NCBI GenBank assembly: GCA_963674865.2
Contig: CAXXYE010000009.1
Coordinates: 1,472,001-1,536,000, forward strand
Length of the DNA stretch: 64,000 bases
Source: Candidatus Hydrogenedentota bacterium
GTDB taxonomy: Bacteria; Hydrogenedentota; Hydrogenedentia; Hydrogenedentales; SLHB01
Direction of reading: 5' to 3'
A model generated the notes under the pieces. The model did no database searches. It was not told the DNA's origin and was given only the letters and a program-made list of their open reading frames with translations. Below, one piece after another: positions 47,780 through 58,290 of the stretch; positions within the stretch are counted from its first letter, which is position 1; each line of letters begins with the position of its first letter. The position numbers and the translations under genes are program-made.

Positions 47780-50700
47780 ATGCGGCAGATGTTGGCATTG
47801 GGGCTGGCGGCTACGGCGGCGTTGTTGGCCGGGGCGGCCATGGCCGGCGAGGGTGGCGTGACGATGGACACGTGGGACACGTTTTACAAACTGCGTGGCG
47901 GGCTCAACCGGTGCCGCGAGACGTTCTTACGCACGGGGCAGGGCCGCGTCGCCTTCCTGGGCGGCTCGATCACGAAGATGGCCGGTTGGCGGGACCTGAC
48001 ATACGAAACCCTCCGCAAGCGTTTTCCCAAGGTGGATTTCGAGTTCGTCAACGCGGGGATCGGCGGCACGAACTCAACTCTGGGCGCGTTCCGGTTCGAG
48101 GAGGATGTCTTCGGGCGTGGCCCCGTGGACCTGCTATTCCTCGAGTACGCGGTGAATGACTCCGGCGCCGCGGGGCCCGACAACCGCCGGATCCGGGCCA
48201 TGGAGGGGATCGTTCGCCGGGCGCGCCGGCTCAACCCTTCCATTGACATACTCATCCTCTACTTCGCTGACAGGAACAAGGTCGAAGCCATCACAGAGGG
48301 CGAAACACCGGCCGTCATCGTCGACCACGAGCGGGTTGCGGCCTACTACGAGTTGCCTGCCTTGAATCTCGCGGCCGATATCACGCGCCGGCTCAACGCC
48401 GATGAATTCGCCTGGAATCGATTCGCCGGTGACGCGTGCCACCCGCTGCCTTTCGGCCACGAGTGCTACGCCGAGCGGATCACATCGTTTCTCGACGTGG
48501 CCTGGGCGGACGAAACGCCCTCGGACGCGCCGCCCAGTCGCCCGCTGCCGATTCCGTTGGATCCGAGGAACTACGAATACGGCAGCTTCGTCGAACTCGA
48601 TGAGGCCAAGAGCGTTAGCGGCTGGACTCGCATCAACGCGTGGGATGCCGAGAAGAAGTGCAATTACGAAGGAAGCGTAGACGTTTTCGCCGCGGATTCG
48701 CCCGGCGCAGTGCTCGAAGTGCCCTTCTCTGGCCGTGTCATCGGAATCTCTGCCTTCGCCGGTATGGACGCAGGCGTCCTCGAGTGCGTTGTGGACGGCG
48801 GGCCGCCTCGACGGATTGATCTGTTCGATATGTACTGCAAACAGTTCCATCGCCCCGTGTGCCGGATACTGGCGGAAGACTTGCCGCGCGGCCCGCATCT
48901 TCTTTCCTTGCGCGTAGCCGATACCAAGAATGCGGCAAGCGACGGATACGCCGCGCGGATAGGCCGCTTTCTCGTGAGCGCAGAGGGGGCCGCGCCGGCC
49001 GGAGATGCTCAAAGTGGGGCCGCGTTGCGTTCGCTCGCGCCCGAAAAGATATTGGCGAAGCTCGATCTCGCCGCGCCGGGCCTCGAAAGCGTTAGAGCCA
49101 AAGCGTCGCAAGGCGATGAACCGGGCGCGCTCGCTGCGCTGCTCGCGTACTACCGAGATGAGTATCCCTTGCCGGAAACGCCGGGGCGTGCGAGCCAGTC
49201 GGATATCGAGTCGGCCGACGCCACCGTGAACCACGTATTCCAGTGGGGGCCTTACGAGCCTGCGCAGTATGGCCCCGACGTCGATTGGGCCTGGGATCCT
49301 CGCGGAGATATCGAGTGGGTGGCGGCCATTTACCGGTTCTACTGGGCAGGGCCCTTGGTACGAGCTTATGGGGCGACGCGCGACGAGAAGTACGTCCGTG
49401 CCTTTGTCGAACTGACCGCCGATTGGATTGCGAAGCATCCCCTTGAGGAGCGGGAGCGGACCCATCCCGTATACACCTACTGGCGCGGCTTCCCCTGGCT
49501 GGATATCCAGACGGGCATCCGTGCCACAAGTTTGTGCGAAGCATTCCCAGTACTTGTGCACGGCGACGCCTTCACCCCCGCGTTCCTCGGCGTCTTCCTG
49601 GCGAGTCTCTACGACCACCAGGCCAAGACGGAACGGTTTCCCATGGGCAAGATCCACAATAAGGCAATCTTCGAGCAAAGGGGCTTCGTGAATGTGGCAT
49701 TCACATTTCCGGAGTTTGAAGAATCTCGCGCCTGGCTGAAACTGGCGCTCGAGCGTTCGCGCGAGAACCTCCTGGCGCAAACCACCACCGACGGCGTCCA
49801 ACGGGAATGGAGCGGAGGATATCATTCAGGCGTTCTCAGGGACGCCGTGGAGATCATGCAGCGCATGGAGGCCGTGGGCATTCCGGTGCCTCAAGACTAC
49901 TGCGAGCGCGTCCGCGCCATGTATGATTATCTCTTCGCCATCGCCACGCCCGAACTTGGCTATACCATGTTTGGCGACGCCAGCCGGCCGGCGGCTGTGC
50001 CTGACGACCGCGCGCGTTGGCCTTTGTACAACACGCTTGTGGCCGCCTCGGAACTTCTTAACGATCCCAAGTACGCCGCCCGGGCGCGACTGGAGCGCCC
50101 CGCGCTGCCGGAGCAGACGAGTTACGCCTTCAGCGAGGCGGGGATGTATGCATTGCGGAGCGACTGGGGCCCCGAGCAGGTCTATCTGGCGCTGCACTGC
50201 TCGCCGCCCGCTATCAGTAGCCACGATCAGGCCGATAATGGCACCTTCGAGCTATATGCCTATGGCCGATGGCTGATGCCGGATACCGGTTTCTATACCT
50301 ATGGCCACGATCCTGAGGCCCGCGCATGGCACCGCCGCACGTCCGTCCATCAGACACTGACGCTCAACGGGCAAGACACGGCCGTCGCAGGGAAAGAGCT
50401 TCTGTGGCATGCCGCGCCGGGGCTCGATGCGGTCGTTGTCGAGAACGCCTCCTATGACAAGCTTGTCCACCGGCGGACGATTTGGTTTATTGAGAGCGCA
50501 TTTTTCGCTGTTCTGGACGAGGCCATTGGACATGCGGCGGGCGCGCTGGACCTGCATTTCCAGTTCGCGCCGGGTGCCGCACAGATTAACGCGTCGCGAC
50601 ACTGGGCGGCGACAGGTTTCGACGATGCGAACGTCCTTGTGTGGGCCTCGCCCGACGCCCCCGTGGACGTCGAGGAAGAGGAGGGATGGTTTGCCTGGAA

Positions 50701-50941
50701 GTACGGCCACCGTACCGAGCGCAGGGCGTTCCGGTTCCGTCACCGCGGCGTCGCGCCCGCGTCCTTTCTTACCTTGCTCGTGCCGTATCGCGGTTGCGCA
50801 GTGCCGGAGGTGAGCGCGTCCCTCGTTGGCAGCTTCACCGTTGGCGACGAACGTGTGGAAACGCACGTAGAAGCATTTGGCAAAGCCTGGCGCTTGGGGC
50901 GCGATGTGGCCCAAGGGCAGGCCTGGTGTGTGCCCGAATAG
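47780..50941 (+). CDS. Secreted SGNH esterase fused to a heparinase II/III-like polysaccharide lyase
   Basis: Signal; FLGGSIT, NAGIGG, YAVND, DACHP; then DGVQREWSGGYH, HDQADNGTFELY, DTGFYTY, HQTL. Confidence 0.85.
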   Translation: MRQMLALGLAATAALLAGAAMAGEGGVTMDTWDTFYKLRGGLNRCRETFLRTGQGRVAFLGGSITKMAGWRDLTYETLRKRFPKVDFEFVNAGIGGTNSTLGAFRFEEDVFGRGPVDLLFLEYAVNDSGAAGPDNRRIRAMEGIVRRARRLNPSIDILILYFADRNKVEAITEGETPAVIVDHERVAAYYELPALNLAADITRRLNADEFAWNRFAGDACHPLPFGHECYAERITSFLDVAWADETPSDAPPSRPLPIPLDPRNYEYGSFVELDEAKSVSGWTRINAWDAEKKCNYEGSVDVFAADSPGAVLEVPFSGRVIGISAFAGMDAGVLECVVDGGPPRRIDLFDMYCKQFHRPVCRILAEDLPRGPHLLSLRVADTKNAASDGYAARIGRFLVSAEGAAPAGDAQSGAALRSLAPEKILAKLDLAAPGLESVRAKASQGDEPGALAALLAYYRDEYPLPETPGRASQSDIESADATVNHVFQWGPYEPAQYGPDVDWAWDPRGDIEWVAAIYRFYWAGPLVRAYGATRDEKYVRAFVELTADWIAKHPLEERERTHPVYTYWRGFPWLDIQTGIRATSLCEAFPVLVHGDAFTPAFLGVFLASLYDHQAKTERFPMGKIHNKAIFEQRGFVNVAFTFPEFEESRAWLKLALERSRENLLAQTTTDGVQREWSGGYHSGVLRDAVEIMQRMEAVGIPVPQDYCERVRAMYDYLFAIATPELGYTMFGDASRPAAVPDDRARWPLYNTLVAASELLNDPKYAARARLERPALPEQTSYAFSEAGMYALRSDWGPEQVYLALHCSPPAISSHDQADNGTFELYAYGRWLMPDTGFYTYGHDPEARAWHRRTSVHQTLTLNGQDTAVAGKELLWHAAPGLDAVVVENASYDKLVHRRTIWFIESAFFAVLDEAIGHAAGALDLHFQFAPGAAQINASRHWAATGFDDANVLVWASPDAPVDVEEEEGWFAWKYGHRTERRAFRFRHRGVAPASFLTLLVPYRGCAVPEVSASLVGSFTVGDERVETHVEAFGKAWRLGRDVAQGQAWCVPE

Positions 50942-51020
50942 ACGATCCTATGGGCGGTGGATGTGAAAGATAATTGTTCGACCATGCGCCGGCGTCCTCC
51001 GGCGTGCTTGAGGAGTTGCC

Positions 51021-51410
51021 ATGTACCGACTTGATCATGTTGCTTTGCAGGTTCGAGATCTGGAAGCGTCCATCGCGTTCTACCGGAACAGCCTTGGCCT
51101 GAAATTGCTGTTCAGCAAGGTGGACGAGGCCCATGGTGAGGCGTTTGCCTTCCTTGAGTTGGAGGGCGGGAACCTCGAACTGCTCCAGGCGCTGGGGGAT
51201 GGCGAGACGGCCGCTGCGCCGCCCGCACCGCGTAAGCCATACTGCCCGCACGTGGCCCTCGTTACAGAGGATATGGACGCGTGCGTCGCCGAATTGCAGC
51301 AGAAGGGCGTGCCCATCGTCGACGGCCCACTCGAGATCCCGGGGTCGGTGCGTTGGCTCTATATCGCCGATCCGGACAACAACGTGCTCGAATTCGTACA
51401 GTGGCTCTAG
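51021..51410 (+). CDS. VOC/glyoxalase-family protein
   Basis: LDHVALQVRDLE..FY, HVAL, DPDNNVLE. Confidence 0.9.
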   Translation: MYRLDHVALQVRDLEASIAFYRNSLGLKLLFSKVDEAHGEAFAFLELEGGNLELLQALGDGETAAAPPAPRKPYCPHVALVTEDMDACVAELQQKGVPIVDGPLEIPGSVRWLYIADPDNNVLEFVQWL

Positions 51411-51464
51411 GGCGCCGCTGATTGCGGGAACGCCCTTGTGTGAAGCGGACAAGCGGGGAGATAG

Positions 51465-53534
51465 GTGATGATATCGCAAAAATCTGACAAGCTCGTTGGT
51501 GTTGCTGCGGGAATACTGTGCGCGCTTTGTGTCATGGCGATGGCGGCTGGCGCACAGGACGGCGATCCTGTTGCCGCATTGATCTCGAAAGCCGGCAACG
51601 CTGATGATGATCAAGCCCGCTTGGCCTATCTCGAAGAACTGCGCGATCTGCCGGGCCTGGATGAGCAAATCCGTTCCGACGCCGAGCGGATGATCGCCGC
51701 GGTAGAGCGGTGGATGCACGAACCTAAGCTTACCTATTTTGGGCGCGAAGTTCTTGAAACCGATCAATACGATTTCGGCATCGCCGAGGAATCTCCGCTG
51801 TTCCCACTCACCATCATTTACCGTGCCCGGATGATGGTGTGGGTAACGATGGAGTACGGCGGCTACTGGAACGATGCTGCGATACGCCGCGAGCGTTTGG
51901 ACATCGTGCGCGCCGTGTTCGAGCAGGCTCGGGACGCGTTCCCCGAGAACCGGCTGATCCGCATGTACCTCGGCGAACCGATTCCGGCGCGGAAGCAATA
52001 CGCTTCGGTGGACGGGGCGCCGGATTGGGCGGTGTACCAGCGGGAGGGCCTCGAACGGCTCGCGGACATCATCGAATGGTGGATTGAGCACCGCATGCAG
52101 CCGAGCGGCGAGTACGGCGGCGGATGGGGCGACGACTGCGAGATGTGGCGCTGGTGGGTGCCCGTGCTAATCGCCTTCGACGAGCCGAAGATCTCCCAAG
52201 CGCAAGCCCGGTTTTCTACTGCGCTCATGGCGCAGGAGCACATGAAGCTCGGCTACACGACGCACGTGTATGACGTCGAGCACACGGCCGAGGATTCGGC
52301 CGACGCCCTGACGCCGATGATGCACATCGAGCCGGACAGCGAAGTCTGGCGCGGACGCGCCTTGCGCCTGGCCGATCTCATGGAGGGCCTGTGGACGGGC
52401 ACGAACGAACGGGGATTCCTTCAGTTCAAGAGCACCTACTTCAGCGTGGACACGGTTGATCCCGATGCGCGGAAGGCGTGTGACACCGTCTACCACCCGC
52501 GGGCGGTGCAGCCGGCGCTGCTGTACTGGCAGCGCACCGGTGACGCCCGGCTCTCGAAGCTTTTCACCGCGTGGATGGACACGTGGGTCGATGCGACGGC
52601 CCGCGCGGAACGCGGCAAACCAGCCGGGATTATCCCAAGCGCCATTCACTGGCCGGACGGCAACGTAGGCGGACTCGGGGACAACTGGTGGGATCCTGAG
52701 AATCACACGAAGGATCCTTTGTACGTCTGGCCGAGCGCCATGAGCCAGATGACTCAGACGCTTCTTCTCACGTACTACATGACGGGCGACGAGAAGTACC
52801 TCGAGCCGATTCGCTCCATGGCGCGCATCCGCCTCAACTACCTGGAGAATCCGCCCGACGAGCCGCCCGCCCCCGGCTCTGAGGCGTGGTGCGCGGCGCA
52901 ACTAGGCCGGCTCTCGGAAGTGGCCGCCAAGTGCGCCCTCCTAACCGGCACTCACGAGTTCGACGAACTGCTGGCGCGGGATGCCAACGCCTACATGGTG
53001 TTCCGGCGCGGGAGCGGCCGGGATAGGCTCACCGACGAGTTGAAGGCTAACGCCGAGTGCCTTAGGGGCAATTTCGAGGGATACACGAGCGAGGTCCGCT
53101 ACACGGATAGAGTCTTGCGTCTGCCTGCGCTATTCGGAGACAACGGCATGTTTCCGAAGGCGGTGTCTCCCCTTGGCCTCCCCAATCCGACATTGCTGTA
53201 TTCGGCGGCGACGGGCGATCCGGGCAACTTGGGATACTTCGCTATGAACGCCGTCCGGTGGCTTACGCCGCCACGCGATATCGCCGCCTTGGTTACGGAC
53301 TCGGGCGAAGACCGCCTCTGCGCCGAACTCTTCCATTTCGGTGAGGAGCCGCGCCCGATGGCGGCGGAGCTGTGCCTCCTGAAGCCGGGCGAATATACGT
53401 TCACCCTTACGCCGGCAGGCGCCGAGGCGCCCGTGGAACGCCGCCCCATGACCGTCTCGGGCCCGCGCGCGCGGCTTACCTTTGCTTTGCCGCCGCGCGT
53501 ACTGTGTTTCGTCGAGATCCGCCGCGAGGACTAG
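51465..53534 (+). CDS. Secreted hypothetical protein (possible alpha/alpha-toroid glycan enzyme)
   Basis: Signal peptide; Trp-rich, GEYGGGWGDDCEMWRWW; long ORF with a GC3-biased frame. Confidence 0.65.
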   Translation: MMISQKSDKLVGVAAGILCALCVMAMAAGAQDGDPVAALISKAGNADDDQARLAYLEELRDLPGLDEQIRSDAERMIAAVERWMHEPKLTYFGREVLETDQYDFGIAEESPLFPLTIIYRARMMVWVTMEYGGYWNDAAIRRERLDIVRAVFEQARDAFPENRLIRMYLGEPIPARKQYASVDGAPDWAVYQREGLERLADIIEWWIEHRMQPSGEYGGGWGDDCEMWRWWVPVLIAFDEPKISQAQARFSTALMAQEHMKLGYTTHVYDVEHTAEDSADALTPMMHIEPDSEVWRGRALRLADLMEGLWTGTNERGFLQFKSTYFSVDTVDPDARKACDTVYHPRAVQPALLYWQRTGDARLSKLFTAWMDTWVDATARAERGKPAGIIPSAIHWPDGNVGGLGDNWWDPENHTKDPLYVWPSAMSQMTQTLLLTYYMTGDEKYLEPIRSMARIRLNYLENPPDEPPAPGSEAWCAAQLGRLSEVAAKCALLTGTHEFDELLARDANAYMVFRRGSGRDRLTDELKANAECLRGNFEGYTSEVRYTDRVLRLPALFGDNGMFPKAVSPLGLPNPTLLYSAATGDPGNLGYFAMNAVRWLTPPRDIAALVTDSGEDRLCAELFHFGEEPRPMAAELCLLKPGEYTFTLTPAGAEAPVERRPMTVSGPRARLTFALPPRVLCFVEIRRED

Positions 53535-53574
53535 CAGTCCATCGCCGGAAGGACAGCGGGTGTTTCCGCAGGTG

Positions 53575-53640
53575 TTTTACGCCCTTTTTACATTCCTTTT
53601 GCCCTAATCTGACCACCTCTCGGGGCCTTTTCGCTAAGGT
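53575..53640 (+). promoter_or_regulatory. Tandem 11-bp-period boxes (OmpR/PhoB-type) and -10
   Basis: TTTTAC (53575), TTTTAC (53586), TTTTGC (53597), TCTGAC (53608); TAAGGT at 53635. Confidence 0.55.
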
Positions 53641-53725
53641 TGAGGCGTGATTTGACGCCGCTACACGGTGAACGTGCCACGCTGCCCGGCGAGAAGTGTC
53701 GGGAGATGTGGCAGAGGAGGCAGTT

Positions 53726-55072
53726 ATGTTAAGGAATACAAACGCAATATCGATTCGACATGCCCTTGTGAGCGTCAGTCTGGCGCTGGCTCTTGTGGGC
53801 GTGGCCTTACCGGCGATGGCCGCGCAGGTCAAACTCGATGTGGCGATGGGTTCGTCATTGGCCCTCGCCAACGAGAAGCAGACGGCCTACCTGCGCGTCG
53901 GGATGACGGGGCCGGAGATGGAAGAGGCCGCGCGGCCGCCGGTAAACGTGGCCATCGTCTTGGACAAGTCCGGCTCCATGACTGGCCAGAAGATTGCGAA
54001 GGCGAAAGAGGGGGCCATCGCCGCGATCCAGCGGCTGCGCGCGGAGGATATCGTATCCGTTGTTGTATACGATTCGACGGTGCGGGTGGTGGTTCCGGCG
54101 ACGAAAGTCTCGGATCGCGAGGCTATCTACGCGGCCATCAGGCAGATCGAGGCCGGAGGTAACACGGCGCTGTTCGCGGGAGTGAGCAAAGGGGCTCAGG
54201 AAATCAGGAAATTCCTCGATCCGGGGCGCGTGAACCGTATTGTGCTTCTTTCGGACGGACTGGCGAACGTAGGGCCAAGCTCGCCGGGCGCGTTGGGCGA
54301 TCTCGGGACTTCCCTCGTCCGCGAGGGCATATCCGTTACTACCATCGGCCTTGGCCTGGACTACAACGAGGACCTCATGGCCTCCCTCGCCAAGGAGAGC
54401 GACGGCAATCACCTGTTCGCCGAGAACGCCGACGACCTCGGGGGCGTTTTCGCCAGCGAGTTCGGGGACGTCCTGTCGGTGGCTGCAAAGAACGTCGGCG
54501 TCACTATCCATTGCGCGGAAGGCGTGCGCCCGGTGAGGGCTTTGGGACGCAGCGCGGATATCGTCGAGCGGACGGTTACGGCCAACCTTAATCAGCTTTA
54601 TAGCGGCCAGACGAAATACGTCCTTGTCGAGGTCGAACTGCCGCCGGGCGAGGTCGGCGGTAGGCGGCCGGTGGCCTCGGTGGATGTCAGCTACGCCAAC
54701 ATGGACACGAAGGAGAGGGGCCGTCTGCGCGAGGCTGTCTCGATTGCCTATACGGACTCGCCGGATCTGGTTGAGAAGCGCGCCGACGCGAACGTGATGG
54801 CCGACGTGATTCATCAGATCGGCGTCGAGCAGAACATACTCGCTATGCGACTCCGTGACGAGGGCAAGATGGCAGACGCGAGGAAGATCCTAGCGACAAA
54901 TAGTGTGTTCCTATATGAGAACGCCGACAAGTACGACAGCCAGGCGTTGCGTGATTACGGTGTGTCAAACGGCTGGGCCGCCGACAATCTCGACGAAGGG
55001 AGTTGGCAAAAGCAGCGCAAGGCAATGCGCGAAGAGCAGTACCAAATCAGGCAGCAGCAAGTAGCTAACTAG
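53726..55072 (+). CDS. Secreted von Willebrand factor A domain protein
   Basis: Signal; MIDAS DKSGS, GGNT, LLSDG. Confidence 0.9.
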   Translation: MLRNTNAISIRHALVSVSLALALVGVALPAMAAQVKLDVAMGSSLALANEKQTAYLRVGMTGPEMEEAARPPVNVAIVLDKSGSMTGQKIAKAKEGAIAAIQRLRAEDIVSVVVYDSTVRVVVPATKVSDREAIYAAIRQIEAGGNTALFAGVSKGAQEIRKFLDPGRVNRIVLLSDGLANVGPSSPGALGDLGTSLVREGISVTTIGLGLDYNEDLMASLAKESDGNHLFAENADDLGGVFASEFGDVLSVAAKNVGVTIHCAEGVRPVRALGRSADIVERTVTANLNQLYSGQTKYVLVEVELPPGEVGGRRPVASVDVSYANMDTKERGRLREAVSIAYTDSPDLVEKRADANVMADVIHQIGVEQNILAMRLRDEGKMADARKILATNSVFLYENADKYDSQALRDYGVSNGWAADNLDEGSWQKQRKAMREEQYQIRQQQVAN

Positions 55073-55123
55073 CGGCGGGGGAACGCCGTCGGAATGGATG
55101 GGAACACAGGGAGGAAGGATCCA

Positions 55124-55855
55124 ATGAAACGTGAGTTGCGCATCCTCGTAATGCTCATGGCTTTCTTGGTGGCGTCGTTATGGGCCGAGGCGGGGGAGAA
55201 GCCGCCGCGAACCGTCTCCGTCACGGGCACGGCGGCGACGCGGGTGGCGCCCGATCAGGTGGCATGGCGTGTCACCGTGACGGAGTCGGACAAGGTGCTT
55301 GTCGATGCCAAGAACCGTAGCGACGCTAACGTGAAACGCGTGCTCGAGCTTGTCAAAGAACTCGATGTGCCGTCCGAGGAGGTACAGAGCGGCCATCTGA
55401 GCATTCGGCGCGAATATGAGCACGATGAGCGCGGCAATCGCGGCGAGTTTAAGCATTTCGTCGTGTACCGCAGCGTCAGTTTCAAACAGCGCGACCTTGG
55501 CCGTCTCGACGAGTTTCTCACCAAGCTTGTCGGCGCGGCCGACGTCGAGGTGAGCTTCAGTTTCGAGTCATCGCGCCGCCACGAGCTCAGAGCGGACACC
55601 CGTCTCAAGGCCGTCAAGATCGCCCGTGACAAGGCGGCGGCGATGTGCGAGGCCGCGGGGGCGGAGGTAGGCCGCGTGCTCACTCTGGACGAGCACCCCC
55701 CGGGAGGACGGCGGGATACGTGGAATCCCATGAGTAACAACGCGTGGTTTGTGCCCGACGGGGGGCAAGTCGAGGCCGATATTGCGTCCGGCACCTTCGC
55801 GCCGGGCGCCATCGAGATCGCGGTAACCGTATACGCCACGTTCGAGATCGAGTAG
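55124..55855 (+). CDS. SIMPL (DUF541) domain protein
   Basis: Signal; TVSVTG.A...VAPD; AV..ARDKA..M; PGAIEIAVTV.ATF. Confidence 0.88.
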   Translation: MKRELRILVMLMAFLVASLWAEAGEKPPRTVSVTGTAATRVAPDQVAWRVTVTESDKVLVDAKNRSDANVKRVLELVKELDVPSEEVQSGHLSIRREYEHDERGNRGEFKHFVVYRSVSFKQRDLGRLDEFLTKLVGAADVEVSFSFESSRRHELRADTRLKAVKIARDKAAAMCEAAGAEVGRVLTLDEHPPGGRRDTWNPMSNNAWFVPDGGQVEADIASGTFAPGAIEIAVTVYATFEIE

Positions 55856-55894
55856 AGCCTGGCGCCATCGACTGAATTGGGAGGCGAGACGACC

Positions 55895-57592
55895 ATGCGC
55901 ACCATTTCCTGTAGACATGCGGTGTTTCTGGCCATTGTGGGCGTTCTGCTCCTCCATATGGGCACGGCCTGCGCCGAAGAGCGGGCCGCGAAGGATGCGG
56001 AGTCACGGATTGAGCGGGTGGCTCTCTTCAAGAACGGCCTCGGATTCTTCACATCGGGCGTCACGCTCCCCAAAGATGCGGCAGCGGTTCGGCTCGGCCA
56101 GCTTCCCGTGCCGTCGTTTGGCACGTTCTGGGTGGGCTATGGGAAGAATGTGAGCGTGCGGGGCCTGGTGGCGTCGATGGAAGAGGTGGATGAGCAAGTG
56201 GCTGTGCAGAGCATTAGCCAACTCCTGGAGGCGAATGCGGGCCGCAAGGTGAAGATCCGCGTTGGGCCGGGGGAGGACGACATCCTGGAGGGCATCGTGG
56301 TGAGCACGGACGCGGAGACGGCGGGCCCGGAGACGCCAAGCCCGTACTTCATGGAGGCCCGCCGGACACCGGAACGGAGTCACGTGCCCGGGGGCGCATC
56401 ATCAAACCTCCTCCTCATCAGGACTGATGCTGGTATCGTCGCGCTCCATGCGGGTTCTGCCACGCGCGTGGACTTCGAAGGGGATGATGTCGTCTACACG
56501 GTGACGGCGGAGCAGAAGCGGCCGAGCATCAGGTTGGAGTTGGAGCGTCCCGCGGGCGGCGCCGACTTGTCGATCACCTACCTGGCGCGCGGCATCTCAT
56601 GGGCGCCGAGCTACCTCCTTGACTTGTCCGATCCCGAGCGCGCACGGTTCAGCGCACGCGCGCTTATCATCAACGAAGTTGCGGACCTCGACGGGGTGCA
56701 ACTTGAACTGGTTACGGGCTTCCCGAATATCAAATTCGCCGATGTGGTTAGTCCCATCGCAATGAGCCAGGGCCTTTCCGACTTCCTCAAAGCCTTGGCC
56801 GGCGGGCGTTCCGAGGCGGGCTCTCAACGCTACATGATGGCCCAGCAGATGGTTCTGTTGAACGAACCGGTGTTCGATGCGTTTGAGGCGGCGCCCGTGC
56901 CGAGTTATTCGACCGCGGCGGCGGGGGCCGTCGCCGAAGATCTTTTTCTCTATCCGGTGAAAGACTTCACGCTGAAAAAGGGCGAAACGGCCTGGATTCC
57001 GCTGTTTACGGCGGAGATGCCGTACAAACATATTTACACTTGGCGCATAGGCGACTGCCTTGATGAAGATGATCGCTATCGACAGGGCCGGCGGCGAGAG
57101 GATGGCGAGGTCGCGGAAGAAGTGTGGCATTCATGCCGTCTCGTCAACCAGCTCGAAATGCCGCTCACCACTGCGGCGGCGGAGTTCATCAAGGAGGGCG
57201 CTTTCACCGGCCAAGATGTCTGCTACTACACGGCCCCCGGCGCGACGACGACCATTCGGATTAACCGGGCGATGAACGTGCTGGCGGAGCAGGGAGAGGT
57301 CGAGCTCGAACGCAGCCGGAACGTCAAACGTCTTCACGGATATGAGTACGACCTTGTCAAAGTCCGCGGCGAGCTGACGCTTCGCAGCAGGCTGGACAAG
57401 GCCGTGAACGTCGAAGTGTCGAAAGAATTGTCGGGCGAAGTCCTCGAAACGGAGTCCCCGGCGAAGGATGTGCAGACGGCCGAGGGGCTTAGGCAGGTGA
57501 ATCCCCGGCATGTATTAACCTGGGATATCGCTCTGAAATCCGGCGAGGAGCGGACGCTCACATACGTATACCAAGTTTATGTGCGAAGCTGA
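55895..57592 (+). CDS. DUF4139-like secreted protein
   Basis: Signal; VALFKNG, ITYL..GISWAPSY, L.W.I.L.SGE...L.Y.Y. Confidence 0.75.
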   Translation: MRTISCRHAVFLAIVGVLLLHMGTACAEERAAKDAESRIERVALFKNGLGFFTSGVTLPKDAAAVRLGQLPVPSFGTFWVGYGKNVSVRGLVASMEEVDEQVAVQSISQLLEANAGRKVKIRVGPGEDDILEGIVVSTDAETAGPETPSPYFMEARRTPERSHVPGGASSNLLLIRTDAGIVALHAGSATRVDFEGDDVVYTVTAEQKRPSIRLELERPAGGADLSITYLARGISWAPSYLLDLSDPERARFSARALIINEVADLDGVQLELVTGFPNIKFADVVSPIAMSQGLSDFLKALAGGRSEAGSQRYMMAQQMVLLNEPVFDAFEAAPVPSYSTAAAGAVAEDLFLYPVKDFTLKKGETAWIPLFTAEMPYKHIYTWRIGDCLDEDDRYRQGRRREDGEVAEEVWHSCRLVNQLEMPLTTAAAEFIKEGAFTGQDVCYYTAPGATTTIRINRAMNVLAEQGEVELERSRNVKRLHGYEYDLVKVRGELTLRSRLDKAVNVEVSKELSGEVLETESPAKDVQTAEGLRQVNPRHVLTWDIALKSGEERTLTYVYQVYVRS

Positions 57593-57601
57593 CCTCCGGC
57601 T

Positions 57602-58123
57602 CTACAATAGCCGCTGGGACGCGTCGAATAGGGCGAGTAGTTCGCGGTGAGCCTCGAAAGCGAGTCGAGGACGTGTTTCTTCCGTGAAAAAGGCGAGTTC
57701 GAGCGCATCGGATGCCGCGACGGGCTCGCCTTCCCAGTCATCGACGGCGTAGCCGAGGACCACGACGCTGCCGGAGAGCTTGCTGGGCTGCGTATTGGTG
57801 CCGATTAACCGCGTTCCCTTGGCAACGAGGCCCGTTTCCTCGAGGAGTTCCCGCGCAGCGGCTTCTTCCGTAGTCTCCCCGAGCTCCACGAAACCGCCGG
57901 GGAAGGCCCATTCCCCGTAGCAAGGCTCGACGGCCCGTCGTGTGAATAGAAGCTCGGGGCCGCGACTCACGAAGCAGCACGCCGCGGGCACGGGATTGTC
58001 GTAGTAGAATCGGTGGCAACCTTGGCAATGTGGCCGAATGCCTTGGCCGTCGTCCTCAGGCGTCAATGTGCCGCCGCAGATGGGACAGAAGTTCCAGGCA
58101 AAGGCTCTTGGTGTATGCGTCAT
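57602..58123 (-). CDS. NUDIX hydrolase with N-terminal Zn ribbon
   Basis: FCPICG...CQGC; GGFVELGETTEEAAARELLEETG. Confidence 0.93.
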   Translation of the reverse strand: MTHTPRAFAWNFCPICGGTLTPEDDGQGIRPHCQGCHRFYYDNPVPAACCFVSRGPELLFTRRAVEPCYGEWAFPGGFVELGETTEEAAARELLEETGLVAKGTRLIGTNTQPSKLSGSVVVLGYAVDDWEGEPVAASDALELAFFTEETRPRLAFEAHRELLALFDASQRLL

Positions 58124-58134
58124 AACGAGGCCGA

Positions 58135-58163
58135 ACTGTATCAGGGGGTGTCGGGGAAGTCAA
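58135..58163 (-). promoter_or_regulatory. Sigma70 promoter for the NUDIX gene
   Basis: TTGACT-N17-TACAGT ending 11 nt before the ATG. Confidence 0.6.
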
Positions 58164-58290
58164 TCGACCATTTGGCTCTTTGCGTTGGCCTGCGCGGCTC
58201 GATTGCGGCTCCCTCCGGCGAGCGGATACACTCGCGACGCGTCAAGCAAGAGACGCGAAGCGAGGGCACAGTGAAGCGGGAGGTCATGCC

